Shown here: positions 16,596 to 24,514 of the stretch, one piece after another
How the letters are laid out: the number at the start of each line of letters is the position of its first letter
Position numbering within the stretch: the first letter of the stretch is position 1
From: Pantoea phage vB_PagS_AAS21
Reading direction: 5' to 3' (one strand)
DNA length: 32,000 nucleotides
Sequence record: MK770119.1
Program-made: the position numbers and the translations under genes
The notes under the pieces: generated by a model
Database searches by the model: none
Told to the model about the DNA's origin: nothing
What the model saw: only the letters and a program-made list of their open reading frames with translations

Positions 16596-16858
16596 TGGCT
16601 ACACTCCCCTTTATTATTTATGGTCTAGTAATTATTATCGTATTAATTACGCTTACTGCTTATAGTATAGTAAGAAATAAGAACTTAGATATTCAGGTAT
16701 TAAAGTCAGTTGCTGATAATAAACGAGTTAGAGTTGAAGCCTTCTTACTGATAGAGAGAGCGGATCTAGCAAGACATTATCGAGCTGGTAAGTGTGACGA
16801 AGAGTTCTTTGAGTTTGTAGTTGACCATGATAATTATATTTTAAAGATCCTAGACTAA
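16595..16858 (+). CDS. Type-A small membrane protein
   Basis: MATLPFIIYGLVIIIVLITLTAYSIVRNKNLD…; TAATG junction; last gene before the terminator. Confidence 0.65.
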   Translation: MATLPFIIYGLVIIIVLITLTAYSIVRNKNLDIQVLKSVADNKRVRVEAFLLIERADLARHYRAGKCDEEFFEFVVDHDNYILKILD

Positions 16859-16875
16859 CGTCTGGGATTTTTTCT
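16844..16875 (+). terminator. Intrinsic terminator
   Basis: AAGATCCTAGA-ctaacg-TCTGGGATTTTTTC, overlapping the last stop codon. Confidence 0.75.
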
Positions 16876-16901
16876 TATGTGTAGATGCTAGAATATTTTG
16901 G

Positions 16902-16930
16902 TTGCTGTTTACTAAAATCTATGCTATACT
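16902..16930 (+). promoter_or_regulatory. Sigma70-type promoter P1
   Basis: TTGCTG -17 nt- TATACT. Confidence 0.65.
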
Positions 16931-17031
16931 AGTACTGTAGTTTAAGAAAACGCAATACAGATCACTCCTGCCGAAGGCTACACTCTTTGTTTAAGCTGTC
17001 TTAATGGCAGCAACCCTCCTCAAAATAGTAC

Positions 17032-17061
17032 TTGCCAAGTTAGTCGAAAAGTTGATATAAT
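17032..17061 (+). promoter_or_regulatory. Sigma70-type promoter P2
   Basis: TTGCCA -18 nt- TATAAT. Confidence 0.55.
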
Positions 17062-17065
17062 ATAT

Positions 17066-17096
17066 ACATCAAGAGGTAGCTCCTCTTGATGTTTTT
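17066..17096 (+). terminator. Perfect 11-bp hairpin with T tract (terminator or mRNA 5' hairpin)
   Basis: ACATCAAGAGG-tagct-CCTCTTGATGT then TTTT. Confidence 0.75.
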
Positions 17097-17134
17097 CGCA
17101 TATCTAAAACAAACTATCCCTGAGGAGGGTAAAC

Positions 17135-17674
17135 ATGTTCAGAGTACAAAATTTAGAAGTATCACTAGACCAAGACGAAATACACTTTAAGCAAGGCACA
17201 AAAGAATTTATTCTAAGAACCGATTCTTATAGAGGAGAGCCAGAGGAAGAATATAAAGAAATTATATGTGACTTACTGGATCATCCTAAATTTGTTCCTA
17301 TTAATATAGACGTTGTACGCTCTGCATTAGAGGCAGACATTATTAATGAATACGATGAGGGAGAGGCGGAAAATAGAATCCTTACTCGTGTGTCTGAAAG
17401 TGTATTTAGAGAAATTCGTCTAAGATACGGGGTAACCCCAAGCAAAGTATTCATGGTTACAAACGCAACTGCTGTAATTGAGCTGGAAGGAAACTTCTTC
17501 TGTATTGGATTAGGATCTGGCAGTTATAGTGTATTATGTCATGAATTTAAACATTCTAAGGAAACTCCTACCTGGGGTGATATGATTAGATTCACTTCTA
17601 GAAAACATCTAGAAGAAACTCTGTTTGTAGAAACATTTCACTTTAAGTATAAAAGAGAGGAGGATACATTATAA
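17135..17674 (+). CDS. Hypothetical protein
   Basis: 179 aa, GAGGAGGG RBS. Confidence 0.75.
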   Translation: MFRVQNLEVSLDQDEIHFKQGTKEFILRTDSYRGEPEEEYKEIICDLLDHPKFVPINIDVVRSALEADIINEYDEGEAENRILTRVSESVFREIRLRYGVTPSKVFMVTNATAVIELEGNFFCIGLGSGSYSVLCHEFKHSKETPTWGDMIRFTSRKHLEETLFVETFHFKYKREEDTL

Positions 17675-18390
17675 TGTCTAGACTGCAAAAATTTAATGAG
17701 ATTGTAAGATTAGCAAAGTCAGCTAACGGTAAGCTAATGTCAGAGTGTTCAGAGTTGGAACAACATGCAGTTTTGTTTCTAGGAAATAAATACCCAGCAT
17801 CTTTAGAAACAGGAATCGTAAAGTATTCTAAAACTGCACCTACGTATACTTACGCTTGTTCGTATGTTGAAGCTAGGAAGATAAACCAAGTCGTTGGTGG
17901 AGATAATAAATTCCAGCAGAATAGCTTTCATATCTTTCCAGATATTAACCCAACATTCCCAGAAGATACTGCAACCCAAGCGTTAGATATTTATCCTAAT
18001 ATTTTAAAGATTCCAGCTAAACCTATTACGTATGAAACTCTAGAACCTTTACTGCCAAAGCAAGAGAAATCTATAGAAAATCCTAAAATTCAGATTTCAG
18101 GGCAAATTTGCCGGGTCTACGCAGGATTGATGCATAAAGAAGAAATGGAATTACCCGAACTAACTTCACATTATATTATTCATAAATATAGAGATCAATT
18201 CCTAACTTTGTGTGAGACTCTAGAACTAACTGCGTTAAGTACGGCAATACTAAACTATAAACCCCACCTAGACAAACGTGCTAGAGGACATATAAGTTAT
18301 GAAGATACAAACTCCAAGATGTCATACCTAGCGACATATCTTTACTTTGCATCTAAAGGAATCTATCTCAAAGTCAAGGAGGATATATAA
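17674..18390 (+). CDS. Hypothetical protein
   Basis: 238 aa, start overlaps the previous stop. Confidence 0.75.
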   Translation: MSRLQKFNEIVRLAKSANGKLMSECSELEQHAVLFLGNKYPASLETGIVKYSKTAPTYTYACSYVEARKINQVVGGDNKFQQNSFHIFPDINPTFPEDTATQALDIYPNILKIPAKPITYETLEPLLPKQEKSIENPKIQISGQICRVYAGLMHKEEMELPELTSHYIIHKYRDQFLTLCETLELTALSTAILNYKPHLDKRARGHISYEDTNSKMSYLATYLYFASKGIYLKVKEDI

Positions 18391-18455
18391 AGTTTAGTTG
18401 ACGAATAGTTAGTTGTATGTTAAGATAATCACATAGATTTACATAAAGCTAATGT

Positions 18456-18641
18456 CTCCAGATTATACTCCCACTCTCTAAGAGTCTCAAGCGCCTCCGT
18501 GTGTCTTGAACGCGATTTAGCAGAGTGGGCCTGGATATAACTCTGGAGGACCAAACAAGAGATGGGGAAACTATATATAAAATACAGGTAAGAAATATTA
18601 ATCAATGAAAATAACCTGTTAATACAACAACTTCCCATCTC
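18456..18641. other. Structured noncoding element: nested inverted repeats and an adjacent imperfect stem
   Basis: CTCCAGA(18456)/TCTGGAG(18542), CCCACTCT(18470)/AGAGTGGG(18522), TCAAG(18487)/CTTGA(18505), then GAGATGGG(18559)/CCCATCTC(18634) enclosing ACAGGT/ACCTGT. Confidence 0.55.
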
Positions 18642-18723
18642 CTCCGCTTCTAGTCGACTCCAGAGAATAATCCTAGACTTATATAAAGTTAATGTCTCCC
18701 ATTATATCTACAGGCCGGTTCTA

Positions 18724-18759
18724 GGGAGGGCGGTTATTAACAAGGGGAGGGCGGTTATT
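18724..18759. repeat. GGGAGGGCGGTTATT, two copies, 21-nt period
   Basis: Copies at 18724-18738 and 18745-18759. Confidence 0.85.
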
Positions 18760-18827
18760 TTCCAATTCACCTTTTCTAAAACCAAATTCTAGAATCTCTA
18801 ACAACATTTTCTGATCCCAACAACCCG

Positions 18828-19399
18828 TCGGATTTGCACATACCCCTAACTAAAAATATACATCGGATTTGCACATTAATATATCGGTTTTGCACATATT
18901 TGCGCTTGCGCATGATTTGCTGCGTTTCTAGTAAACTTAAAAATCTTCATCCAACGCTTGTGTATTTGGTAATTATATGCTATCCTGAAAAATTGCCTGC
19001 ATAAGCTGGGCCGAAGGCCGTATTTGCCAGAGTTTTTAGAGCCACAAGAATTTTTCAAAAATCAAGCCATTTACCCCTCCTCAACAACTAAAATGTTCCA
19101 ATTTCTACCCCCAACCCCCGATCTTCCGCAATTACCCCAAATTATCCCCAACTATCCCTCATTAACACTCCAAATACTCCATTTCTAGCAAAATATATCG
19201 GATTTGCACACTATTTTTAGTATAAAACTCTTAATTCTCCCCAAATCCGCGCTGTTTTGCCCATTTCAGGGGCAGGATTGCGCGATTCTAGGTAAAATAT
19301 ATCGGATTTGCACATATTATTGTCGGATTTGCACATTGTCGGATTCGCACATACCCTCAGAAATTCGTAACCCCAGGCGAATGGGTCGGATTCGCACAA
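18828..19399. repeat. Dispersed iteron-like family TCGGATTTGCACAT, eight copies
   Basis: Copies start at 18828, 18863, 18884 (variant), 19198, 19302, 19323, 19339 (TTC variant) and 19386 (TTC variant). Confidence 0.85.
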
Positions 19400-19430
19400 G
19401 AGCGCAGGACCGGTCAAACATTAATGATTA

Positions 19431-19600
19431 TCATTCGCATTTACGAACACGAATGAGAATTGTTCGCATTTAGGAAGTTGAATGAGAATCATTCGCATTT
19501 GATAATGCTTCTCATTCGCATTTACGAATAGTTCTCATTCGCATTTGATAATGCTTCTCATTTGCGCCTGCAAACACGAATGATAATGATTCGCATTCCG
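19431..19600. repeat. TTCGCATTT/TCTCATTC repeat block
   Basis: 26-nt perfect repeat ATTCGCATTTGATAATGCTTCTCATT at 19491-19516 and 19537-19562, plus several shorter GAATGAGAAT/TTCGCATTT units. Confidence 0.88.
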
Positions 19601-19723
19601 CTCGATAGTTGCTTAGCTAATTATTAGTCACCTTACGTTATTATTCGCCGCCTATACATGTAACCCGTGATCATTAGCAGCCTAATAATTTTTGGGCGCA
19701 GTTGAGAATCACTCTCATTTGAG

Positions 19724-19732
19724 TTATCCACA
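19724..19732 (+). promoter_or_regulatory. DnaA box (TTATCCACA)
   Basis: Exact consensus; near-copy TTATCCCCA at 19785-19793 in a repeated AGTTATCC[A/C]CAGACTTA context. Confidence 0.7.
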
Positions 19733-19882
19733 GACTTATACATTTTGTAAAGTTTATTGACGAGATCCTAGCGATTTTAAGAAGTTATCCCCAGACTTAC
19801 GAACAGGTTATCCTACTGTACAAATATACAGTAGTTTCCCGCGATACTTTATGCTGATGTCGATTTTAAGCGGTCTAGGAGC

Positions 19883-19903
19883 CATTCTAAGCGATTTAAA
19901 TTT
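19883..19903. repeat. Left arm of a 21-bp perfect inverted repeat
   Basis: CATTCTAAGCGATTTAAATTT; reverse complement at 23749-23769. Confidence 0.85.
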
Positions 19904-19976
19904 TGAGGGTATATTAAAGGCAGGGTTCTAGGGACTACAGGCGAGGAAAAGCCCGCGATAGTTAGCGGGCTAATTA

Positions 19977-20126
19977 TTAATCTAAATCCACGTCAACAAA
20001 AGTACCTTCGGTGCGACGCAAGCGACCGTAAAAACGTTTCACCATGCGAACCTGAATGAAACGGGTAACCCACTGCCGGGTAACCCAACGATCCACCTTG
20101 TAATCACAAATCAATTGGCCTTTCAT
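19977..20126 (-). CDS. 49-aa basic micro-protein
   Basis: MKGQLICDYKVDRWVTRQWVTRFIQVRMVKRFYGRLRRTEGTFVDVDLD*; ATGA overlap with the next upstream micro-ORF. Confidence 0.45.
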   Translation of the reverse strand: MKGQLICDYKVDRWVTRQWVTRFIQVRMVKRFYGRLRRTEGTFVDVDLD

Positions 20127-20209
20127 ATAATACCTGCCTGCAACAATAACGCCGTTAATTGAATGCTAGCGGCAACTCCCACTAGCACATACATTAAATT
20201 ATAGAACAT
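20123..20209 (-). CDS. 28-aa micro-membrane protein
   Basis: MFYNLMYVLVGVAASIQLTALLLQAGII*, AAGGAAA RBS. Confidence 0.4.
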   Translation of the reverse strand: MFYNLMYVLVGVAASIQLTALLLQAGII

Positions 20210-20217
20210 AAATTTCC

Positions 20218-20448
20218 TTAAAGTAAAGGAATCATTCTAGCGGCTTGCTTAGATGAGCAATGTTCCATTTTCAGGACATCTAACAAGGTTCCTGCTTCCG
20301 ACTGGTCAATCTTGCCCATATCGTAAAGAGCCTGTATAGCGTCGTGCGTCTTGCTGATTCCGAACTCTGCTACCATATCAGCAACGATAGCAGCGGTGCC
20401 AACCCATTCTGTTAAACCAGTGTTAAATACATGAGTAAGAGAAATCAT
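20218..20448 (-). CDS. Hypothetical protein
   Basis: 76 aa, GGAGG RBS on the minus strand. Confidence 0.65.
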   Translation of the reverse strand: MISLTHVFNTGLTEWVGTAAIVADMVAEFGISKTHDAIQALYDMGKIDQSEAGTLLDVLKMEHCSSKQAARMIPLL

Positions 20449-20551
20449 TTTAAAACCTCCAGCAAAGATAATAACAAAAACCTACAAAACAAAACGCCGC
20501 TATTAACTGAAGCCATTCTTTAATAGCTTGTTTGGTATGGTATTCCATTTA

Positions 20552-20641
20552 TTACGCTCCAAAAGTTTCGACGATTGCATCAAAGGCGGCAAACGCGACT
20601 GCCGCAAGGATCAAGACCAGACCAACTACGAAAATTGCCAT
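20552..20641 (-). CDS. 29-aa micro-membrane protein
   Basis: MAIFVVGLVLILAAVAFAAFDAIVETFGA*, GGAGGC RBS. Confidence 0.45.
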   Translation of the reverse strand: MAIFVVGLVLILAAVAFAAFDAIVETFGA

Positions 20642-20740
20642 TTACCGCCTCCGAGTGTTTTTGTTTGTTTGGATACTACAGTTATATAATAGCATAAAGG
20701 CCACCCGAAGGTAGCCTTTTTATGTAAAGAAGTGTAAAGA

Positions 20741-20959
20741 TTAACGAGTACAGAGATTAACCGTTATTGTCTGCTCATCCCCATAAGACTCAATGAGATT
20801 CTTATAGTCACCGTCTTTATCATGGCAGTACTTTTCAAACAGATAATCAAGATCTCCCTCCGCTAAGTTATCCCAATGCTCTAACAAAAACAGGTCTTCC
20901 TTGTCTAGCTCAAAATTAAAGGTGTTAACTTCGGTGCGCACCTGTTTTAACGTGATCAT
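20741..20959 (-). CDS. Hypothetical acidic protein
   Basis: 72 aa; ATGA overlap with the upstream gene. Confidence 0.65.
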   Translation of the reverse strand: MITLKQVRTEVNTFNFELDKEDLFLLEHWDNLAEGDLDYLFEKYCHDKDGDYKNLIESYGDEQTITVNLCTR

Positions 20960-21315
20960 GCCGTTCTCCTGAACACGGTTTGATAAGTGGTGGCGCTAGT
21001 CTTAACTACTTCACCGTCTACGTAAAGGCGTTCTGTATTAACGCCGTATAACATAGTAATAAATTCGTCGTGATCGTTAATTAAATAACTATCTCCCATA
21101 TATTGGAATATAGTTGGCTTACCCGCCAAAATGTTATTACAGATTAAATAAACAACCTGCACACTTATTTTAGCCGTTACTAAACTTCTAGCCGAAATAG
21201 TTAACGGGCCATTGAAATTAGTTAATTGAGCCAGCGCGTGAATTAACTTACTTTTGCCTGAAACAATTAACGGGCAATTTAAGGAATCGTGGTGAATATG
21301 AAATTGTATTTTCAT
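20956..21315 (-). CDS. Hypothetical protein
   Basis: 119 aa; ATGA overlap with the upstream gene. Confidence 0.65.
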   Translation of the reverse strand: MKIQFHIHHDSLNCPLIVSGKSKLIHALAQLTNFNGPLTISARSLVTAKISVQVVYLICNNILAGKPTIFQYMGDSYLINDHDEFITMLYGVNTERLYVDGEVVKTSATTYQTVFRRTA

Positions 21316-22028
21316 TTCTTTTCTAACTCCCGAATATATTCGATAAGGTCAATAACCACGATTTCACTAGACGCTAAATCACCGCCTAACATTTCATCTA
21401 AGCTGGTTTCCGCGCTGCGAGCTTCCCGGCAAGCGGTAATAATCTCGTTAATAGTCCAACCGGGGTTCCAGTCACGTTTACCAAATAAACGCGGCTCCTC
21501 TTTAGGTTCCGGGGCTGGAGTCTGTCTAATAATATATTCTTTTCCCAATACTTCGGAAATACGAAAATCGCCAGAAATATTCTGTTCGACCAGCTCGCAG
21601 AAGGATTTAAAATCATAATCCATAACCTGAGTAATTAACGCTGTATCAATTACAATAGAGCTAGTTATGCCCTGTACCCAATAGATCGCCTCTAGCTCTA
21701 CCAGCCATTGTAAAATCTGATGTGCTGATTCGTGCGTACTAGAGAGATCGTCTGGATGGAATAAATAGGCCGTTCCTTCGATCCCTTCTGAATATTCTAC
21801 GCCGTCGCCATCTTCCTCATCGTCGTGTAACCCGCCGGGGTAGATACCGTACATTTCAGCGTTTTCAATTGCAAGCTCATGTGCAAAACTATCCGCGTCA
21901 GTGCCTGCATAAATCAAGTGAACATCCCGCGACTCACTGCCACAAGATCCAGTATGACACTCAATAAAGGCTAACACTGATTTCTTTTGTACGCCTTCTA
22001 ATAACTTTTTATTATCGTAGCTACGCAT
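21312..22028 (-). CDS. Hypothetical acidic protein
   Basis: 238 aa; CTGGAGT leader. Confidence 0.7.
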   Translation of the reverse strand: MRSYDNKKLLEGVQKKSVLAFIECHTGSCGSESRDVHLIYAGTDADSFAHELAIENAEMYGIYPGGLHDDEEDGDGVEYSEGIEGTAYLFHPDDLSSTHESAHQILQWLVELEAIYWVQGITSSIVIDTALITQVMDYDFKSFCELVEQNISGDFRISEVLGKEYIIRQTPAPEPKEEPRLFGKRDWNPGWTINEIITACREARSAETSLDEMLGGDLASSEIVVIDLIEYIRELEKK

Positions 22029-22092
22029 ATATAAATAACTCCAGTTGTGGGAATAATTAATAAAGACGGCTATTTCTAGCCGCCAGAGTTAA

Positions 22093-22581
22093 TTACTCTA
22101 ATTTAGTTTTAACCGCTGAAATACGATTGTTCAATTCAACTTTAGCCGCTGAGTGAATATCGTCATATGTAGCTACAACGGTAAACAGATCATCGCTGGT
22201 CAGCTTGCTAACGTCTGGAACAGGTTTAATAGTTTCAACCTTTTCCGCTGCTTCTGGCTCGCGTGCTTCACCTGCCAGACCATCTACCAGATAATAAATA
22301 CAGGTATCATCAGATGCGCTGACTTCAATTTCATAACAGGTTCCCTCGCTGCTAATATCGAAACCATACGTATAATCCCCAACGATAGGGAAAATACTAA
22401 CGCCGCTACGAACATCGTCAAAATCAAAGTTATCCCGGCGATTACCAGCCCTTTCGAACTCCTCCCGGCTGTCGAAAGGAATTACAATAGATACACCACT
22501 GTAATTATTTAAATCAACCCATTTAGCAACTTCTGTCAGAGTACCAGAGAAAACGATATTAAGTGCGATTACCTGAGACAT
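22093..22581 (-). CDS. Hypothetical protein
   Basis: 162 aa from ATG at 22581 (MSQVIALNIVF…), TGGAGT leader. Confidence 0.7.
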   Translation of the reverse strand: MSQVIALNIVFSGTLTEVAKWVDLNNYSGVSIVIPFDSREEFERAGNRRDNFDFDDVRSGVSIFPIVGDYTYGFDISSEGTCYEIEVSASDDTCIYYLVDGLAGEAREPEAAEKVETIKPVPDVSKLTSDDLFTVVATYDDIHSAAKVELNNRISAVKTKLE

Positions 22582-22648
22582 ATATTTAACTCCATTAGTT
22601 AGGGAACAATTAATAAAGGCGGCTGATCTAGCCAACCGCCAGAGTTAA

Positions 22649-23599
22649 TTACTCTTCTGAGTTAGTCAGTTTAGAAATATCAACCTTGTTAACAACCTCG
22701 TTAATCATTTCTTCAAAATTGAACTTCTGCAACATTTCCAGCATTGCGCCCTCTAGCATTGCATCCGCTACCAGTTGCGCATTTTGGTTATTAGCTGCGA
22801 ACTGAGTAACCGCAAAGTTAAACAGGTTAGCCATTACCAGACGCCCGATTTCTGAATCAGCATAGCCGCGAATCATCATAGGCAGCTTAGGAGTTACTAC
22901 GCGGGAAACTTGCTTAATCGCAATACGACCGGCTTCGAGTTTAGCAACTGCAACAACGGCTGATTTGTTTTTAGCAGCGACAACGGTAGCAGTATTTTTT
23001 ACGTTTGACATATTAGTAGATCCTTTATTAGTAGATGAGTTATTAGCAATCGCGCCAGTGCGATTAATTTTGTTTTCAACGTGTACCTGACTCCAGCCTT
23101 CCGGCAGACTCTCTAAAGTCCAGTCAGGAGTATAAATTGCATCGCTAGTAAATGCAAGTACTTTGTAGTCAGTACGCAACGATCCAATACTACTATACTC
23201 ACTGAAATCATCCTTAATGGCATGAATTACCGTATTAATATCGAGACTTGCAACCTGCACATCGTCGCTATAATTAGCGTCTGTATTATGGGTGCGCGTG
23301 GCGTAATAATCTACGTTTCCGCTACCGGTGTGGCGTAGTACAATAAAGTCAACGTCATACGATCCAGTACCGTGAATAATCCAACTGCGAGCATTAAACA
23401 GTACAACAATTTTTCCGCCCTGTAAAGCCTCATTAACAAAGGCCGTTGGCAATTCGTGACGCTCATCCGTGCCAAACAGTGAAGTCATTTCCCGTTCAAA
23501 ATGCTTAACCGCGTGGCTGCTAGCATTACCCGCTAGCATGTTGTTTAGAGCTTTAAACTTAACTGACTGATTACCAGCCTTAAAGATTTTCATAGACAT
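22649..23599 (-). CDS. Hypothetical protein
   Basis: 316 aa ORF, first gene of the leftward operon; GAGGGAG upstream. Confidence 0.75.
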   Translation of the reverse strand: MSMKIFKAGNQSVKFKALNNMLAGNASSHAVKHFEREMTSLFGTDERHELPTAFVNEALQGGKIVVLFNARSWIIHGTGSYDVDFIVLRHTGSGNVDYYATRTHNTDANYSDDVQVASLDINTVIHAIKDDFSEYSSIGSLRTDYKVLAFTSDAIYTPDWTLESLPEGWSQVHVENKINRTGAIANNSSTNKGSTNMSNVKNTATVVAAKNKSAVVAVAKLEAGRIAIKQVSRVVTPKLPMMIRGYADSEIGRLVMANLFNFAVTQFAANNQNAQLVADAMLEGAMLEMLQKFNFEEMINEVVNKVDISKLTNSEE

Positions 23600-23748
23600 T
23601 GGTTTATGTCTCCCTCGTTATTTGGTGATTGCATTATGCGCCTTTCCGTACTCCCTAGCAAATACTTTGTTACCTGTAAAGAAATCTTGCCAATATCTAC
23701 CGGCTCCCTACGCCAGCACGATCAAAGTTAACCATTTATACAGGTTTT

Positions 23749-23769
23749 AAATTTAAATCGCTTAGAATG
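23749..23769. repeat. Right arm of the 21-bp perfect inverted repeat
   Basis: Reverse complement of 19883-19903. Confidence 0.85.
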
Positions 23770-23846
23770 CGTTACAGAGCGTTTAAATAGGTGTTTAGAG
23801 TAATGTCCTGTTTAAAAGTACTGTATATTTATCCAGTAGGATAAGC

Positions 23847-23855
23847 TGTGGATAA
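23847..23855 (-). promoter_or_regulatory. DnaA box (TTATCCACA on the minus strand)
   Basis: TGTGGATAA exact; near-copy AGTGGATAA at 24224-24232. Confidence 0.65.
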
Positions 23856-24514
23856 CTCTGGGGATATCTCGCTATAAGCCGTCCTACGCTGTCAAATTAT
23901 TTTGTGCTGTTGATAACTTTGTGAATTGTTAAAGATGACAGTTATTCTCATTTAGCCCAAAATACTTAGTTCGCTAATTACTAATTAGCTAAGCATTAAT
24001 TTATGTGTATATTATATCAATTTAAATAGTTAGTTGGCGAATGATTTTCTTAAGTGATTACTAGCACGCTAACACGTAACACGCATATAGTAACGGGCGT
24101 GATGGTCGGCGGGCGCCGTTATTATTAGCCTGCTAACTATTCCGCTGTGAAACTATCCACCAGCACACTTTTTAATTACTCGCAACAGCTATTTCTAGGG
24201 AGCATAAAGAAAATTGAAAAACAAGTGGATAACTCATTAAATTTCATTTTTGCTTTTTGTATAAGTTATTAACAGCCTCTAAAACGCATTCTAAGCCATT
24301 TTAAGCGTTTCTAGCAGTAAGCTATACGAATGCATAGGGTACTAGTCGATCTCTTCACCAGGAGCGTTTTAGATTTTGTCAACTAGGTAGAATAAGAAAA
24401 ACATGAAAAAATATCTTGCCAAATACATTTTTATTCTGTATCACGCCCGCCCGCTCTACTTATAAAGGGCTTATGCAGGCTGTTTTGTCTTTACGTTTCT
24501 TTACAAATATATGC

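Larger units (their letters stand above)
16935..17096 (+). ncRNA. Candidate short structured RNA
   Basis: Lies between P1 and the terminator hairpin at 17066-17096; contains CTGTA/TACAG and CTGCC/GGCAG pairings and no substantial ORF. Confidence 0.3.

Noticed and set aside
16930-17065. tRNA gene
   Set aside because: No 7-bp acceptor stem, TTCRA loop or anticodon arm could be assembled; local stems only. No other tRNA was recognised in the window.
18429-19473. Minus- and plus-strand ORFs of 60-89 aa in the noncoding block
   Set aside because: Their proteins follow the repeat sequences, lack plausible RBSs and have unnatural composition.
18828-19600. CRISPR array
   Set aside because: Repeat units are too short, spacing is irregular and there are no cas genes.
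20661-20716. TTGTTT -18 nt- TATAAT promoter followed directly by a GGCCACCcgaaGGTAGCC hairpin with T tract, as an sRNA gene
   Set aside because: The resulting transcript would be only ~30 nt. The hairpin more likely terminates one of the flanking transcripts, and evidence for a separate RNA is weak.
21289-21618. 109-aa plus-strand ORF opposite the 21312-22028 gene
   Set aside because: The minus-strand genes have ATGA coupling and RBS; the plus-strand frame does not.
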